Shown in pieces: positions 1 to 10,578 of a stretch of 64,000 bases of DNA (position 1 is its first letter; each line of letters begins with the position of its first letter). The translations under genes and the position numbers were made by a program. The stretch spans positions 17,559-81,558 of the forward strand of contig CAVTMV010000010.1 of assembly GCA_963735945.1 (NCBI GenBank), in the 5' to 3' direction. This DNA comes from an uncultured beta proteobacterium (GTDB lineage: Bacteria; Pseudomonadota; Gammaproteobacteria; Burkholderiales; Gallionellaceae). Below the pieces are notes generated by a model. The model saw nothing but the letters and a program-made list of their open reading frames with translations, did no database searches and was not told the DNA's origin.

Positions 1-383
1 CTTCAACCGGAAACACCTGGACGATTTCCGAAAGAATGACCGGATTGGGAGTTATCCAGTCACGTGATGTGACGAATTTCAATTTGAGCTACACCAAAGG
101 CCAGTTGTTTACGATGGAAGCTTTTCAATGCAGCAATCACTCTGACTTGAAAGAGAAATGGACGCTTGATTCCACCTTCCGTCTGAGTTTCCAGTCAGAC
201 AACACCGGGGGCAAATCAACCGATATTTCGCCTACGGCAAGAGTGTCTTACCAGGTGAGAAATAACCTGGCAGCCGATGCTCAATTGGGTCTGGATTGGA
301 CCAATTCTTCGTCCAGCGTATTGCAATCAACAACGAAATCGTTCCGGGACTTTATTTCCCTAGGTTTCCGTTTGAATTTTTGA
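1..383 (+). CDS. 3' end of an outer-membrane beta-barrel protein (partial, begins before the window)
   Basis: Frame is open from position 3 (STGNTWTISERMTGLG...). Alternating hydrophobic/polar beta-strands and a C-terminal ...ISLGFRLNF with terminal Phe, typical of BAM substrates. Confidence 0.7.
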   Translation, partial: STGNTWTISERMTGLGVIQSRDVTNFNLSYTKGQLFTMEAFQCSNHSDLKEKWTLDSTFRLSFQSDNTGGKSTDISPTARVSYQVRNNLAADAQLGLDWTNSSSSVLQSTTKSFRDFISLGFRLNF

Positions 384-422
384 AAAGAACAGCCCCAGGA
401 CTTGTCCTGGAGCTGCTTCGTT

Positions 423-1473
423 TCACGCCACCGTAACCGCCTTGTCCAGATATACGTCCTGAACCGCATTGAGCAAGGCAATGCCATCTTTCAGCGGTTT
501 CTGGAATGCCTTCCGCCCAAGTATCAGCCCCATGCCGCCGGCACGCTTGTTGATCACGGCCGTACGCACCGCCTGTTGCAAGTCATCCTTGCCCGATTCG
601 CCACCGGAGTTGATCAACCCGGCGCGCCCCATGTAGCAGTTGGCCACCTGGTAGCGCACCAGATCGATGGGGTGGTCGGTGGTCAGTTCGCTGTAGACCT
701 TGGGATGGGTCTTGCCGAACTTGATGGCGTTGTAGCCGCCGTTGTTCTCGGCCATCTTCTGTTTGACGATGTCGGCGTTGATGGTGGCGGCGAGGTGGTT
801 GGCCTGTCCGGTGAGGTCGGCGGCGACGTGGTAGTCCTTGTCGGCCGTCTTGAAGGCGGAGTTGCGCAGGTAGGCCCACAGGATGGTCGCCATGCCGAGT
901 TCGTGCGCGTGTTCGAACGCTTCGGAGATTTCCTGGATCTGGCGGCGCGAATGCTCGGAGCCGATAGAACACGGTCGCCCCCACGGCGACTGCGCCCATG
1001 TTGAATGCCTGATCCACGCTGGCGAACAGCGTCTGGTTGTAGATGTTGGGGTAGGTGAGGATCTCGTTGTGATTGATCTTCACGATGAACGGGATCTTGT
1101 GCGCATAGCGGCGTGCCACGGAAGACAACACGCCGAGCGTCGATGCGACGCCGTTGCAGCCGCCTTCGATGGCGAGCTTGACGATGTTCTCCGGATCGAA
1201 ATACATCGGGTTGGGCGCGAACGATGCGCCGCCGGAATGTTCCACGCCCTGATCCACCGGCAGTATCGAAAGGTAGCCGGTGTTCGCCAATCGCCCATGT
1301 CCGTACAGCGCCTGCAGGCTGCGCAGCACGCCGGTCTTGCGGTCTTTCATCGCGACCACGCGATCCACGTAATCCGGACCCGGCAGGTGCAGCGATTCTT
1401 TCGGGATGCCAGCACAACGGTATTTCAACAGATGGTCTGCTTCTTCGCCCAACAATTGCACGATGTTCGTCAT
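423..1473 (-). CDS. fbaB: Class I fructose-bisphosphate aldolase (DhnA/FbaB type); one frameshift near 965
   Basis: ORF 583-1473 ([20 protein letters not shown]) and ORF 423-893 ([28 protein letters not shown]) are the two halves of FbaB. Confidence 0.92.
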
Positions 1474-1562
1474 GATTTCGCTCCTTGGATGGTCAGAATG
1501 GCGCTGCCATCTTACTCCCTGTGTATAATTTTGTGCATTCCAACTTTACTGCCAGAGAACCC

Positions 1563-2772
1563 ATGAAACAGACCATCCTCGGAACCCCGCTTAGCCCAAC
1601 CGCGACCAAAGTCATGCTGCTCGGCAGCGGCGAACTGGGCAAGGAGGTCATCATCGCCTTGCAACGCCTGGGGGTGGAAGTCATCGCCGTGGATCGCTAC
1701 GAGAATGCGCCGGGTCATCAGGTGGCGCATCGCGCGCATGTCATCAATATGGCGGATGGCAAGGCATTGCGTGCGCTCGTCGAAAAGGAGAAGCCGCAAA
1801 TCATCGTGCCGGAGATCGAGGCCATCGCCACCGACATGCTGGTAGCAGATCGAGAAGGAGGGTTTGGCGCGCGTGATTCCCACCGCCCGTGCTGCGCAGC
1901 TCACCATGAACCGCGAAGGCATCCGCCGCCTGGCTGCCGAGACACTGGGATTGGCCACATCGCCCTACAAGTTTGCAAACAGCCTGGAGGAATTGCAGGC
2001 CGCCATCGATGGTGGTATCGGTTATCCCTGCATCGTCAAGCCGGTGATGTCGTCTTCGGGCAAAGGCCAGTCCAAAGTGGATGGCCCGGCTGACGTAAAG
2101 AACGCCTGGGATTACGCCGCCAGCGGTTCACGCGTGAACCAGGGCAGGGTGATCGTGGAGGGCTTCATCGATTTCGATTACGAGATCACCCAACTTACCG
2201 TGCGTGCCGTCGGGACGAACGGCGGTATCGAAACGCACTTCTGCGAACCCATCGGCCATGTGCAGGTGCATGGCGATTACGTCGAGAGCTGGCAGCCGAT
2301 GGCGATGACGCCAATGGCACTGCAGCGTTCGCGAGAGATCGCCAGGAAGGTAACGGACGATCTTGGCGGGCAGGGACTCTTCGGAGTGGAGTTGTTCGTG
2401 AAGGGCGACATGGTGTGGTTCTCCGAAGTCAGCCCGCGCCCGCACGATACCGGCATGGTGACGATGTGCACCCAGCGTCTCAACGAATTCGAACTGCATG
2501 CGCGCGCCATCCTTGGCTTGCCGGTGGATGCCAGCCTGCGAGCTACCGGCGCCAGTGCCGTGATCTACGGCCAGATGGATGAGAAGGGTATCGCCTTCAA
2601 GGGCGTGGAAGAGGCGCTGCAGGTGCCCGAATCCGATATCCGCCTGTTCGGCAAACCCGAGGCTTTCAAGAAACGCCGCATGGGCGTGGCGCTGGCCAAC
2701 GGTAAAGATTCCGACGAAGCGCGCCAGCGCGCCAAACTGGCGGCAAGCAAAGTGATCCCGGTCAAGGCATGA
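1563..2772 (+). CDS. purT: Formate-dependent phosphoribosylglycinamide formyltransferase; frameshift near 1847
   Basis: [34 protein letters not shown] and [15 protein letters not shown] motifs across two ORFs. Confidence 0.95.
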
Positions 2773-3143
2773 TCCTCGCCATCCATCATGCGACTTTGCT
2801 GACGAGCGACTTGGTCAAGGCGCGCGCTTTTTACGAAGGCGTATTGGGCTTGCGACCTGATCCAGACCGGCCCCGGATGAGCTACGAAGGCGTGTGGTAC
2901 GACATCGCTGCGAAGCAGCAGCTGCATCTGATGTTGTTGCCCAATCCGGAAGCAGATTTGCAGCGCCCGGCACACGGCGGGCGCGACCGCCATGTCGCTT
3001 TGGCTGTGAGCGATCTGCAAGGATTGCAAGCCAGGCTGGAAGCGGCGGGCATTCCTTATACGGCCAGCCAGTCCGGGCGAAAGGCGCTGTTCTGTCGCGA
3101 TCCGGATCAGAATGCACTGGAGTTCATTGAGGTCGGGGAGTGA
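2769..3143 (+). CDS. VOC/glyoxalase family protein
   Basis: IHHATLL..DL..ARAFY..VLGL, RHVAL.V.DL and [11 protein letters not shown] are the VOC fold signatures. ATGA overlap with purT. Confidence 0.85.
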   Translation: MILAIHHATLLTSDLVKARAFYEGVLGLRPDPDRPRMSYEGVWYDIAAKQQLHLMLLPNPEADLQRPAHGGRDRHVALAVSDLQGLQARLEAAGIPYTASQSGRKALFCRDPDQNALEFIEVGE

Positions 3144-3159
3144 TGCAAACGATCATCGC

Positions 3160-4293
3160 ATGATCACGGGCATCAGCCCGAAAGCCTGGTATCAGTCAGC
3201 TTGCGACAAAGCCGGCTTCGTCTGCGATGCGCGCCAGTTCGCGGCCATCGACGAACTGGAAAAGCTCTGGCAACAACTGGTCGAGTTCAAGGCCAAACGC
3301 AACCAGTTCCTTGGCCGCAGCCTGCTCAGCCCGGATGTGCCGAAAGGCTTGTATATCTGGGGCGGGGTGGGGCGCGGCAAGACTTTCCTGATGGATGGTT
3401 TCTATCATTGCCTGCCGTACCGTCGCAAACGCCGTATCCACTTCCACCATTTCATGGTCGAAGTGCACCACGAGATGAAGCTGCTGGCTGGCGAACGCGA
3501 CCCTTTGATGGCGTTGGCCGACAAGATCGAGCGTTCCACCCGCTTGCTTTGCCTGGATGAATTCCATGTGGACGATATCGCCGATGCGATGATCCTGGGC
3601 CGGTTGCTGGCGGCGCTGTTCGAGCGCGGCGTCGTTTTGCTCACCACTTCCAACTACCCTCCGGACGGCCTGTATCCGAACGGCCTGCAGCGGCAGAATT
3701 TCCTGCCTGCCATCGCCTTGTTGAAGCGCGAGCTGAAAGTGCTGCATCTGGACAGCGAGACCGATTACCGCATGCTGCAGATGGCGCGAGATCCGCTGTT
3801 CATGCTGTCTGCGGATGCGGCAACGGTAGATCGCATGATGTCCCTGTTCCAGCGCCTGACGGCGGGTATGCACGCCGAAGCGGATCATATTCAGGTGAGG
3901 CAGATCAGGATTCCGGTTCGACGTGTCGCTCGTGAAGTCGTCTGGTTCGACTTCAAGGAACTGTGCGGCGGTCATTACGACCAGTCCGATTATCTGGAGA
4001 TTGCCCATCGCTACCCGACGGTTTTTGTTTCGGATATCCCGAAAATGACGGCCGACAATGGTGCAGAGGCGAAACGTTTTGCCTGGTTGATCGACGTGTT
4101 TTATGACAACCGCGTCAAGCTGGTGGCCTCATTCGAGGTTCCGGTTGATGCAATCTATGGCGAAGGTCGGCAGGACAGTGAAGCGCAGCGTGTGGTCAGC
4201 CGCTTGATTGAGATGCAGACACGGCATTATCTGGAGCTGCCCCATCGTAGCCGCGGAGTGACTCTGACTGGTCAGGTGCAGAGTCCGGAATAG
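3160..4293 (+). CDS. zapE: AFG1/ZapE family ATPase
   Basis: KGLYIWGGVGRGKTFLMD, RIHFHHFM, LCLDEFHVDDIADAMIL, TSNYPPDGLYPNGLQRQNFLPAI. Confidence 0.9.
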   Translation: MITGISPKAWYQSACDKAGFVCDARQFAAIDELEKLWQQLVEFKAKRNQFLGRSLLSPDVPKGLYIWGGVGRGKTFLMDGFYHCLPYRRKRRIHFHHFMVEVHHEMKLLAGERDPLMALADKIERSTRLLCLDEFHVDDIADAMILGRLLAALFERGVVLLTTSNYPPDGLYPNGLQRQNFLPAIALLKRELKVLHLDSETDYRMLQMARDPLFMLSADAATVDRMMSLFQRLTAGMHAEADHIQVRQIRIPVRRVAREVVWFDFKELCGGHYDQSDYLEIAHRYPTVFVSDIPKMTADNGAEAKRFAWLIDVFYDNRVKLVASFEVPVDAIYGEGRQDSEAQRVVSRLIEMQTRHYLELPHRSRGVTLTGQVQSPE

Positions 4294-4309
4294 AATTTAA
4301 TCCTGAATT

Positions 4310-4331
4310 GGTCCCGCAATGAGGCGGGGCC
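4310..4331. terminator. Hairpin between the convergent zapE and hypothetical gene
   Basis: ggtcccgc-aatgag-gcggggcc inverted repeat between two facing stop codons. Confidence 0.4.
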
Positions 4332-4335
4332 GGAA

Positions 4336-4728
4336 TTACGAACCGCTCTTCAGGCGGGTGTCGTAGGTTGATTGACAGGCCGCATTGGCAGCTTCCAGAT
4401 TCTTGGCCGCCTCATCCTGCGCAGCTTGTGGGACAGCGAATTGACCGCGCTTGCGTTTCACCGGTTTCTTGTTCGCTTCGAGGAAATCTTCCTTCGCTTT
4501 TTCCGCAGTCGCTTTGCAGGTTGTCAGATCGGCCATGATCAGGGCTTCGAATTTTGCTTTGGCTTCCGCCTGGGCTTTTGCTCTGGCCAGCGCTTGTGCG
4601 CGTGCTTGTTCCAGCGATCTACGCAAGTCTTCAGCTGCCTGTAATTCCTGCTTGTTCTGGTAATCCAGATAGATCCAGCCGCCAGCTGAAAGAACGATGA
4701 GCACAACCGCGATGACCTTCTTAACCAT
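4336..4728 (-). CDS. Hypothetical membrane-anchored helical protein with two Cys
   Basis: N-terminal TM (VIAVVLIVLSAGGWIYL), Ala/Glu/Lys coiled-coil, RBS GGGGGAAG upstream. Confidence 0.7.
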   Translation of the reverse strand: MVKKVIAVVLIVLSAGGWIYLDYQNKQELQAAEDLRRSLEQARAQALARAKAQAEAKAKFEALIMADLTTCKATAEKAKEDFLEANKKPVKRKRGQFAVPQAAQDEAAKNLEAANAACQSTYDTRLKSGS

Positions 4729-4858
4729 GCTTCCCCCCAGAAGTATTTGATGAACTGGCCCGCATGATAAACCAATTCAATGGGTTGTAGTCTGAAAGTG
4801 CAGCAGAAACAGCAAAAAATTCACAATTCAGATGTTTCGGCCTGCGGGCTATATTTGA

Positions 4859-5899
4859 TCACGGTGCCGGATTCGGATAGAGCTTGTGCACCGCCTCGAT
4901 CTTTTCCAGCACTTCAGTGGACAACATAACCTCGGCACTCCCCAGATTCTCGTTGAGCTGCTGCAGGGTGGTTGCGCCAATAATGACGCTGCTGGTAAAC
5001 CAGCGCGTTCTGGCAAAGGCGAGTGCCATTGTGGCCGGAGAGAGGCCGGCTTCCTGGGCGATGCGCACGTACTCCCTGGTGGCGGGCGGCACATTGGGTT
5101 TGTTGTAGCGCTGGCCAAAGCCGGGGAAGAGCGTGATGCGCCCATGGGCCGCAGGATCGGCCAGATATTTACCGGTGAGCCAGCCGAAGGCCAGCGGGCT
5201 GTAGGCGAGCAAGCCGACCTGATCGTGATGGCAGATTTCGGCAAGGCCGCTTTCGAAGGTGCGGTTCATCAGATGGTAGGCGTTCTGCACGCTGACGATC
5301 ATTGGCAGGCCAAGCTGTTCCGCGCAGCGCACGAATTCGGCAACGCCCCACGGCGTTTCATTGCTCAAACCGATATGGCGAACCTTGCCGGCTTTGACCA
5401 GCTCGGCCAGAGCCTGCAATTGTTCGGCGATGGGCGTGCTGTCGCGTTCCTGTGTGACGTCATAGCTGGTCGCACCGAACATCGGCACATAGCGATCCGG
5501 CCAGTGTATCTGGTAGAGGTCGACGTAGTCTGTCTGCAAGCGGCGCAAGCTGCCCTCGATGGCCACGGCGATATGTTCACGATTGATGCGAGGACCGTTG
5601 CGTATCCAGCCGAATCCGCGTGCCGGACCGGCGATCTTGGTGGCGACAATGAGCTTGTCTCGCGATTGTCGCTTGAGCCAGCTGCCGATATGGCTTTCGG
5701 TACGATGTACGGTTTCGGCACGCGGCGCGACGGGGTACATCTCGGCGGTATCGATGAAGTTGACCCCGTGCGAAACGGCGAGATCGAGTTGCGCGTGAGC
5801 ATCGGCTTCGCTGTTCTGTTCTCCAAATGTCATGGTGCCCAGCGCCAACGCCGACACATTCAAATCGCTGCCGCCCAATCGCCTGTATTCCATAATCAC
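4859..5899 (-). CDS. NADP(H)-dependent aldo/keto reductase (Tas-like)
   Basis: LGTMTFGEQN, FIDTAEMYPV, SLRRLQTDYVDLYQIHWPDR, IGLSNETPWG. Confidence 0.9.
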   Translation of the reverse strand: MIMEYRRLGGSDLNVSALALGTMTFGEQNSEADAHAQLDLAVSHGVNFIDTAEMYPVAPRAETVHRTESHIGSWLKRQSRDKLIVATKIAGPARGFGWIRNGPRINREHIAVAIEGSLRRLQTDYVDLYQIHWPDRYVPMFGATSYDVTQERDSTPIAEQLQALAELVKAGKVRHIGLSNETPWGVAEFVRCAEQLGLPMIVSVQNAYHLMNRTFESGLAEICHHDQVGLLAYSPLAFGWLTGKYLADPAAHGRITLFPGFGQRYNKPNVPPATREYVRIAQEAGLSPATMALAFARTRWFTSSVIIGATTLQQLNENLGSAEVMLSTEVLEKIEAVHKLYPNPAP

Positions 5900-5953
5900 T
5901 CCGATGGATTAGAGGTGGTTATTTTAATCCCTTCCTCGTGTTAGCATTTGACC

Positions 5954-6742
5954 ATGCTGATGCCTGTGCTATTTCTTTCACATGGAGCGCCTAGCTTGCC
6001 CCTCGAAGCAGGAGAGACAGGTGCAACCTGGAGGCAGCTAGGCGAACAACTGCCAAAACCTTCCTCCATTCTGGTCGTGTCTGCACATTGGGAATCGCAC
6101 ATCCCGACTGTCAGCCGTGCGGTGCAGCCCGAGACCATCCATGATTTCAGCGGATTCCCCGAAGAACTTTACCGCTTGCAGTATCCCGCCCCTGGTGCGC
6201 CGCACATGGCGGAATCGGCAGCGCAACTGTTGCAGCAAGCCGGCATCCCGGTGCGAATCGATGATACGCATGGCCTGGATCACGGAGCGTGGGTTCCGCT
6301 GAGTATCATGTTTCCGCAGGCGGATGTCCCTGTCGCCCAGCTTTCCTTGCAGCCCGAGCGGGATCCGGCATGGCACCTCGCTTTGGGACGTGCATTGCGT
6401 CCCTTGCGCGAGCAAGGCGTGCTGATCGTCGGCAGTGGTTCGATCACGCATAATTTGCGGGCGCTCTTCAGCCATCCTCGGGGCGAGCCTGCACCCGCGT
6501 GGGTGACTGAGTTCTGCGACTGGATCGCTGCAAGAATCCAGGATGGCGATCTCGATGCACTTTGCGCTTACCGTACGCTTGCGCCGCATGCTGTGCAAAA
6601 CCACCCCACCGACGAACATCTGTTGCCGCTGTTCGTGGCGCTGGGGGCGGCGTCCAAGGTGCATGATGCCCGGCGCCTGAATCGGGTGATGACGTTTGGA
6701 TTGTTGGCGATGGATGCATGGCTGTTCGACGGTGCAGGGTAA
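5954..6742 (+). CDS. Class III extradiol dioxygenase (YgiD/DODA-like, LigB family)
   Basis: LFLSHGAP, VSAHW, TIHDFSGFP, GLDHGAWVPL, GSGSITHNL, HPTDEHLLPL. Confidence 0.9.
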   Translation: MLMPVLFLSHGAPSLPLEAGETGATWRQLGEQLPKPSSILVVSAHWESHIPTVSRAVQPETIHDFSGFPEELYRLQYPAPGAPHMAESAAQLLQQAGIPVRIDDTHGLDHGAWVPLSIMFPQADVPVAQLSLQPERDPAWHLALGRALRPLREQGVLIVGSGSITHNLRALFSHPRGEPAPAWVTEFCDWIAARIQDGDLDALCAYRTLAPHAVQNHPTDEHLLPLFVALGAASKVHDARRLNRVMTFGLLAMDAWLFDGAG

Positions 6743-6804
6743 GTATCCATAGTAAACAGTGCGTCGGGTGCAGTTTATTGCAAATTTTTTGCAGAGGAGG
6801 CGAT

Positions 6805-7959
6805 ATGAACACGACAAGCATGATGCAATATCTGCCGCAGATCGAAGCGGGAGCCGTCGAGCAGAAGCTGACGGAATTGCGGGCGCAATACCCCCAATTG
6901 GGTGTCTGTGCGTTGCTGCCGGAAGCAGAGAAGGACAAGGTGGCTGTGTTGCAGGCGGCTTGCGCCAAACTCAAGGTTCCGCTGGTCGGCGCGATCTTCC
7001 CGGCGCTGGTCAAGGAAGGGAATTTCCTGACCAACGGTGCGTGGCTGCTCTGCTTCAAGGAGATGCCCTATTTTGCGCTGTACGACAATTTGCCGGTTGA
7101 GCCCGCTGAGGTCGAACGAGCAACCGGGAAGATCGCTAACGACTTGCGAGCGCAAATCAATCACATTCAGGACCTGACGCTGTTCATGCTGTTCGATGCC
7201 ATGGTGCCGAACATCGGTACGCTGCTCGACAATCTGTACCTGCACCTGGCGAACCGGGTTCACTATGCCGGAGCGAATGCGGGCAGCGAGACTTTCCAGC
7301 CGATGCCGTGTTTGTTCGATGGCGAACGCCTGGTTCAGAACGGCGTGCTGATGCTGTTGCTGACGCACCACAAGGGCGCGATCCTGGAACATGGCTACCA
7401 TACCAATCCGCACACCTCCTACGCGACTTCGACCAGCGGCAACCGTATCTCGCAGATCGACTGGCGGCCGGCCTTTGAGGTGTACCAGGAACTGGTGCGC
7501 GAGCATTATGGCGAAGAGGTTACCGCGGAGAACTTCTACCAGTATGGCGTCCATTTCCCGTTCGGTATCGTGCGAGCCAACCATCATGTGGTGGTGCGCA
7601 TCCCGGTCATGCTGGCCGACGATGGTTCATTGTTCTGTGTCGGCGAGGTGCCGCCCAACTCGGTGTTGACCCTGCTCAAGGCGCCTACCGTGCGGACGGT
7701 AGAGACGCTGCACAACCTGACCGAAGGGCTGAAGACGCTGAATGAGAATGTCACGGGTACCGACTTGCTGTTGTTCTATTGTGCCGGCCGGCGCTTGCAT
7801 CTGGGCGTTGAGATGGCGACCACGGAGCTGGAAGCATTCGCCGGTTTGACCCAGGCGGCACAGATATCGGGAGCGCTTTCGCTCGGCGAGATCGGCGGAT
7901 CGACGGTGCATGGCTATCCGCTATTCCACAATGCCACGCTGGTGGCTATGCGCTGGTAG
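6805..7959 (+). CDS. FIST-domain protein (FIST_N + FIST_C)
   Basis: LVGAIFP, AGANAGS..FQ, T.TSGNRI.QIDWRPA..VY, LLFYCAGRR and GALSLGEIG are FIST motifs. RBS GGAGG at 6796. Confidence 0.85.
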   Translation: MNTTSMMQYLPQIEAGAVEQKLTELRAQYPQLGVCALLPEAEKDKVAVLQAACAKLKVPLVGAIFPALVKEGNFLTNGAWLLCFKEMPYFALYDNLPVEPAEVERATGKIANDLRAQINHIQDLTLFMLFDAMVPNIGTLLDNLYLHLANRVHYAGANAGSETFQPMPCLFDGERLVQNGVLMLLLTHHKGAILEHGYHTNPHTSYATSTSGNRISQIDWRPAFEVYQELVREHYGEEVTAENFYQYGVHFPFGIVRANHHVVVRIPVMLADDGSLFCVGEVPPNSVLTLLKAPTVRTVETLHNLTEGLKTLNENVTGTDLLLFYCAGRRLHLGVEMATTELEAFAGLTQAAQISGALSLGEIGGSTVHGYPLFHNATLVAMRW

Positions 7960-7960
7960 C

Positions 7961-10556
7961 ATGGAACGCGAAAATGTCCTGCCGGTCCTTTATGACCTTG
8001 TTGTCACCATAGGCAGCGAGATCAGCGTCAAGCCGCTTCTTACGCGCACACTGCAGCGCCTGCTCTATCACACCTCTTTTTCGGCCGGATTCATTTGCCT
8101 GGAGGTTCCTCCGTGCGACCAGACCGACGATCAGGTCGAGGTGCGCATCGATGCTGCAGTCGGGGATTTCGACCTGATCGGCAAAGTCGGCACTGCCATG
8201 AATTTGCCGCGTGCATTGATTTGCCGGACGGCCGCCCGCGAATCCGATCAGGCGGCACTGCTGTCGGCATTGCGCTGCACCAAGACTCAGTACAAGTCCT
8301 ATCTCAGGCTGCCCATCGACAAATTCCGGCGTGATCATTCTGCTTGCCGCCGAGAAACCGAAAACGACCCTGCCGCTGACTACGATGCTGCAACCGGTGC
8401 TGGCGCACTTGGCCAAGGCTATCGTGCTATGCCGCAGCAATGACGCGCAAGCCGCTGCTGCTGCGGCCAAGCAGGCGCAAACCGAGCAATCCCTGCGTCA
8501 AAGCGAGGCGATTTTCAATTCGCTGATCGAATTGAGCCCGATCGGGGTCGGTTTCTCGAGCGATGGGGTGGTTCTCAATGTGAACCAGGTCTGGCTCAAA
8601 ATGTTCGGTTATGACGAACCTGACGAGATAATCAACAAATCGCTGTTGAGCATTATTGCACCGAAAAGACGCGACGCGATTGCGGAGCGGGTCAGAATGC
8701 GCGCCCAGGGGCTTCCGGTGGAGAACGTTTATGAAGTCGATCGGCTTGCGCAAGGATGGTACGGAGTTCCCGGTGCTGATCTCGGCAAAGCGGGTGGAGA
8801 CGCCAGACGGCCCGCGCACCCTTTCTTTTTTCGTCGACCTCACCGAACAGAAGCGTACCGAGAAGAAATTCCGCACGCTCTACGATTCCACCAGCGACGC
8901 CGTGATGCTGCTGGACAAGCAGGGGTTTCTTCGACTGCAACAAGGCGACATTGGAAATGTTCGGTTGCGCCACGGTGGAAGAATTCTGTACCAAACATCC
9001 GGCCGACCTGTCGCCACCGCAGCAACCGGACGGCAAGGATTCTTTGGCCCTGGCAAACGAGCATATCGCCACGGCGATGGAGAAGGGCAGTGATCGTTTC
9101 GAGTGGGTCCACCGCCGCGCCGACAACGGCAAGGATTTCCCGGTTGAAGTGTTGCTCAGTGCGATGGAACTGGATGGCAGGCCGGTTCTGCAGGCCACCG
9201 TGCGCGATATCACCGAACGCAAGCAGAACGAGCAGAAGATCTACCAGCTGGCATTCTATGACTCGTTGACAAACCTGCCCAATCGGCGCTTGTTGCTGGA
9301 TCGTTTGCAGCAGGCATTTGCCGCGGGTGCGCGCAGTGGACAAGTATGGCGCAGTGCTGTTTTTCGATCTGGATAACTTCAAGACGCTCAACGACACCAA
9401 GGGGCACGATATCGGCGACCAGGTGTTGATCGAGGTGGCCAGGCGGCTCAATACCTGCGTCCGTGACGGCGATACGGTTGCGCGTCTGGGGGGGGACGAG
9501 TTTGTGGTGGTACTGGAGTCTTTGCATGCCGTTTCCGACGATGCGGCAGCGCAAGCCGATCAGGTTGCCGAAAAATTGCGCGATGTCCTGAGCCAACCAT
9601 ACCAGCTGCCAAATTACATTTACTACACCACGCCCAGTATCGGCATCGTCCTGTTCAGGGGGCATCAGCAAAGTCTGGATGACGTGCTGAAATATGCCGA
9701 TACCGCCATGTACCAGGCCAAGACGGCCGGCCGCAATACCATACGTTTTTACGATCCCGAGATGCAGGCAGCCATTGAGGCGCGCGCCGATCTTGAGGAG
9801 GAGCTGCGGTATGCACTTGAACGGCAACAACTCCTTTTGCATTACCAGATACAGATGGATAGCCGGAATCGTCCCGTGGGCGCGGAGGTATTGCTGCGTT
9901 GGCAACACCCGGAGCGCGGGCATGATATCCCCGGCACAATTCATTCCCCTGGCGGAGGAGACCGGACATATCGTTGCCATCGGTCTATGGGTGTTGCAGA
10001 CAGCATGCGCCCAACTCAAGGCCTGGCAAAGCGATGCGCTGACGCGCGACCTGACACTGGCGGTGAACGTGAGTGCCAGGCAGTTCCGCAGTCCGGATTT
10101 CGTCGCGCAGGTGCAGCGCACATTGTTGGCGACGGGCGCCAAACCCGGCTTGCTCAAGCTCGAATTGACGGAAAGTATCGTGCTGGAGAACGTTGAGGAC
10201 ACCATCGCCAAGATGCGCGAACTGAAACTGATGGGGGTGAGCTTTTCGATGGACGATTTCGGCACGGGATATTCTTCGCTGCAATATCTCAAACGTTTGC
10301 CGCTCGATCAGATCAAGATCGACCAGTCCTTTGTGCGCGACATCGTCAAGCGATCCTCAACGATGCCGCCATCGTGCAGACCATCATCGCGATGAGCGAC
10401 GTATTGGGCCTGAACGTGATCGCAGAAGGCGTGGAGACAGAGGCCCAGCGCGAGTTCCTCGATCAGCGTGGTTGCCACGCGTTCCAGGGATATCTGTTCG
10501 GCAGGCCGATGCCTCTTGAACAATTTGCGGCGGCCCTGCGAGCAAAGCAATCATGA
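7961..10556 (+). CDS. GAF-like/PAS/PAS/GGDEF/EAL c-di-GMP enzyme; about 6 frameshifts
   Basis: Successive ORFs give two PAS domains (RKDGTEFPV; DFPVEV..RDITERK), LAFYDSLTNLPNRRLL, RDGDTVARLGGDEF, EVLLRW, LELTES, DDFGTGYSSL and VIAEGVET. Confidence 0.85.
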
Positions 10557-10578
10557 CCGGATTCAAGGGAGCATCGAC

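Noticed and set aside
4859-6742. Divergent aldo-keto reductase / DODA dioxygenase pair as a pigment or aromatic pathway
   Set aside because: Both are widespread stand-alone genes and there are no supporting pathway genes nearby.
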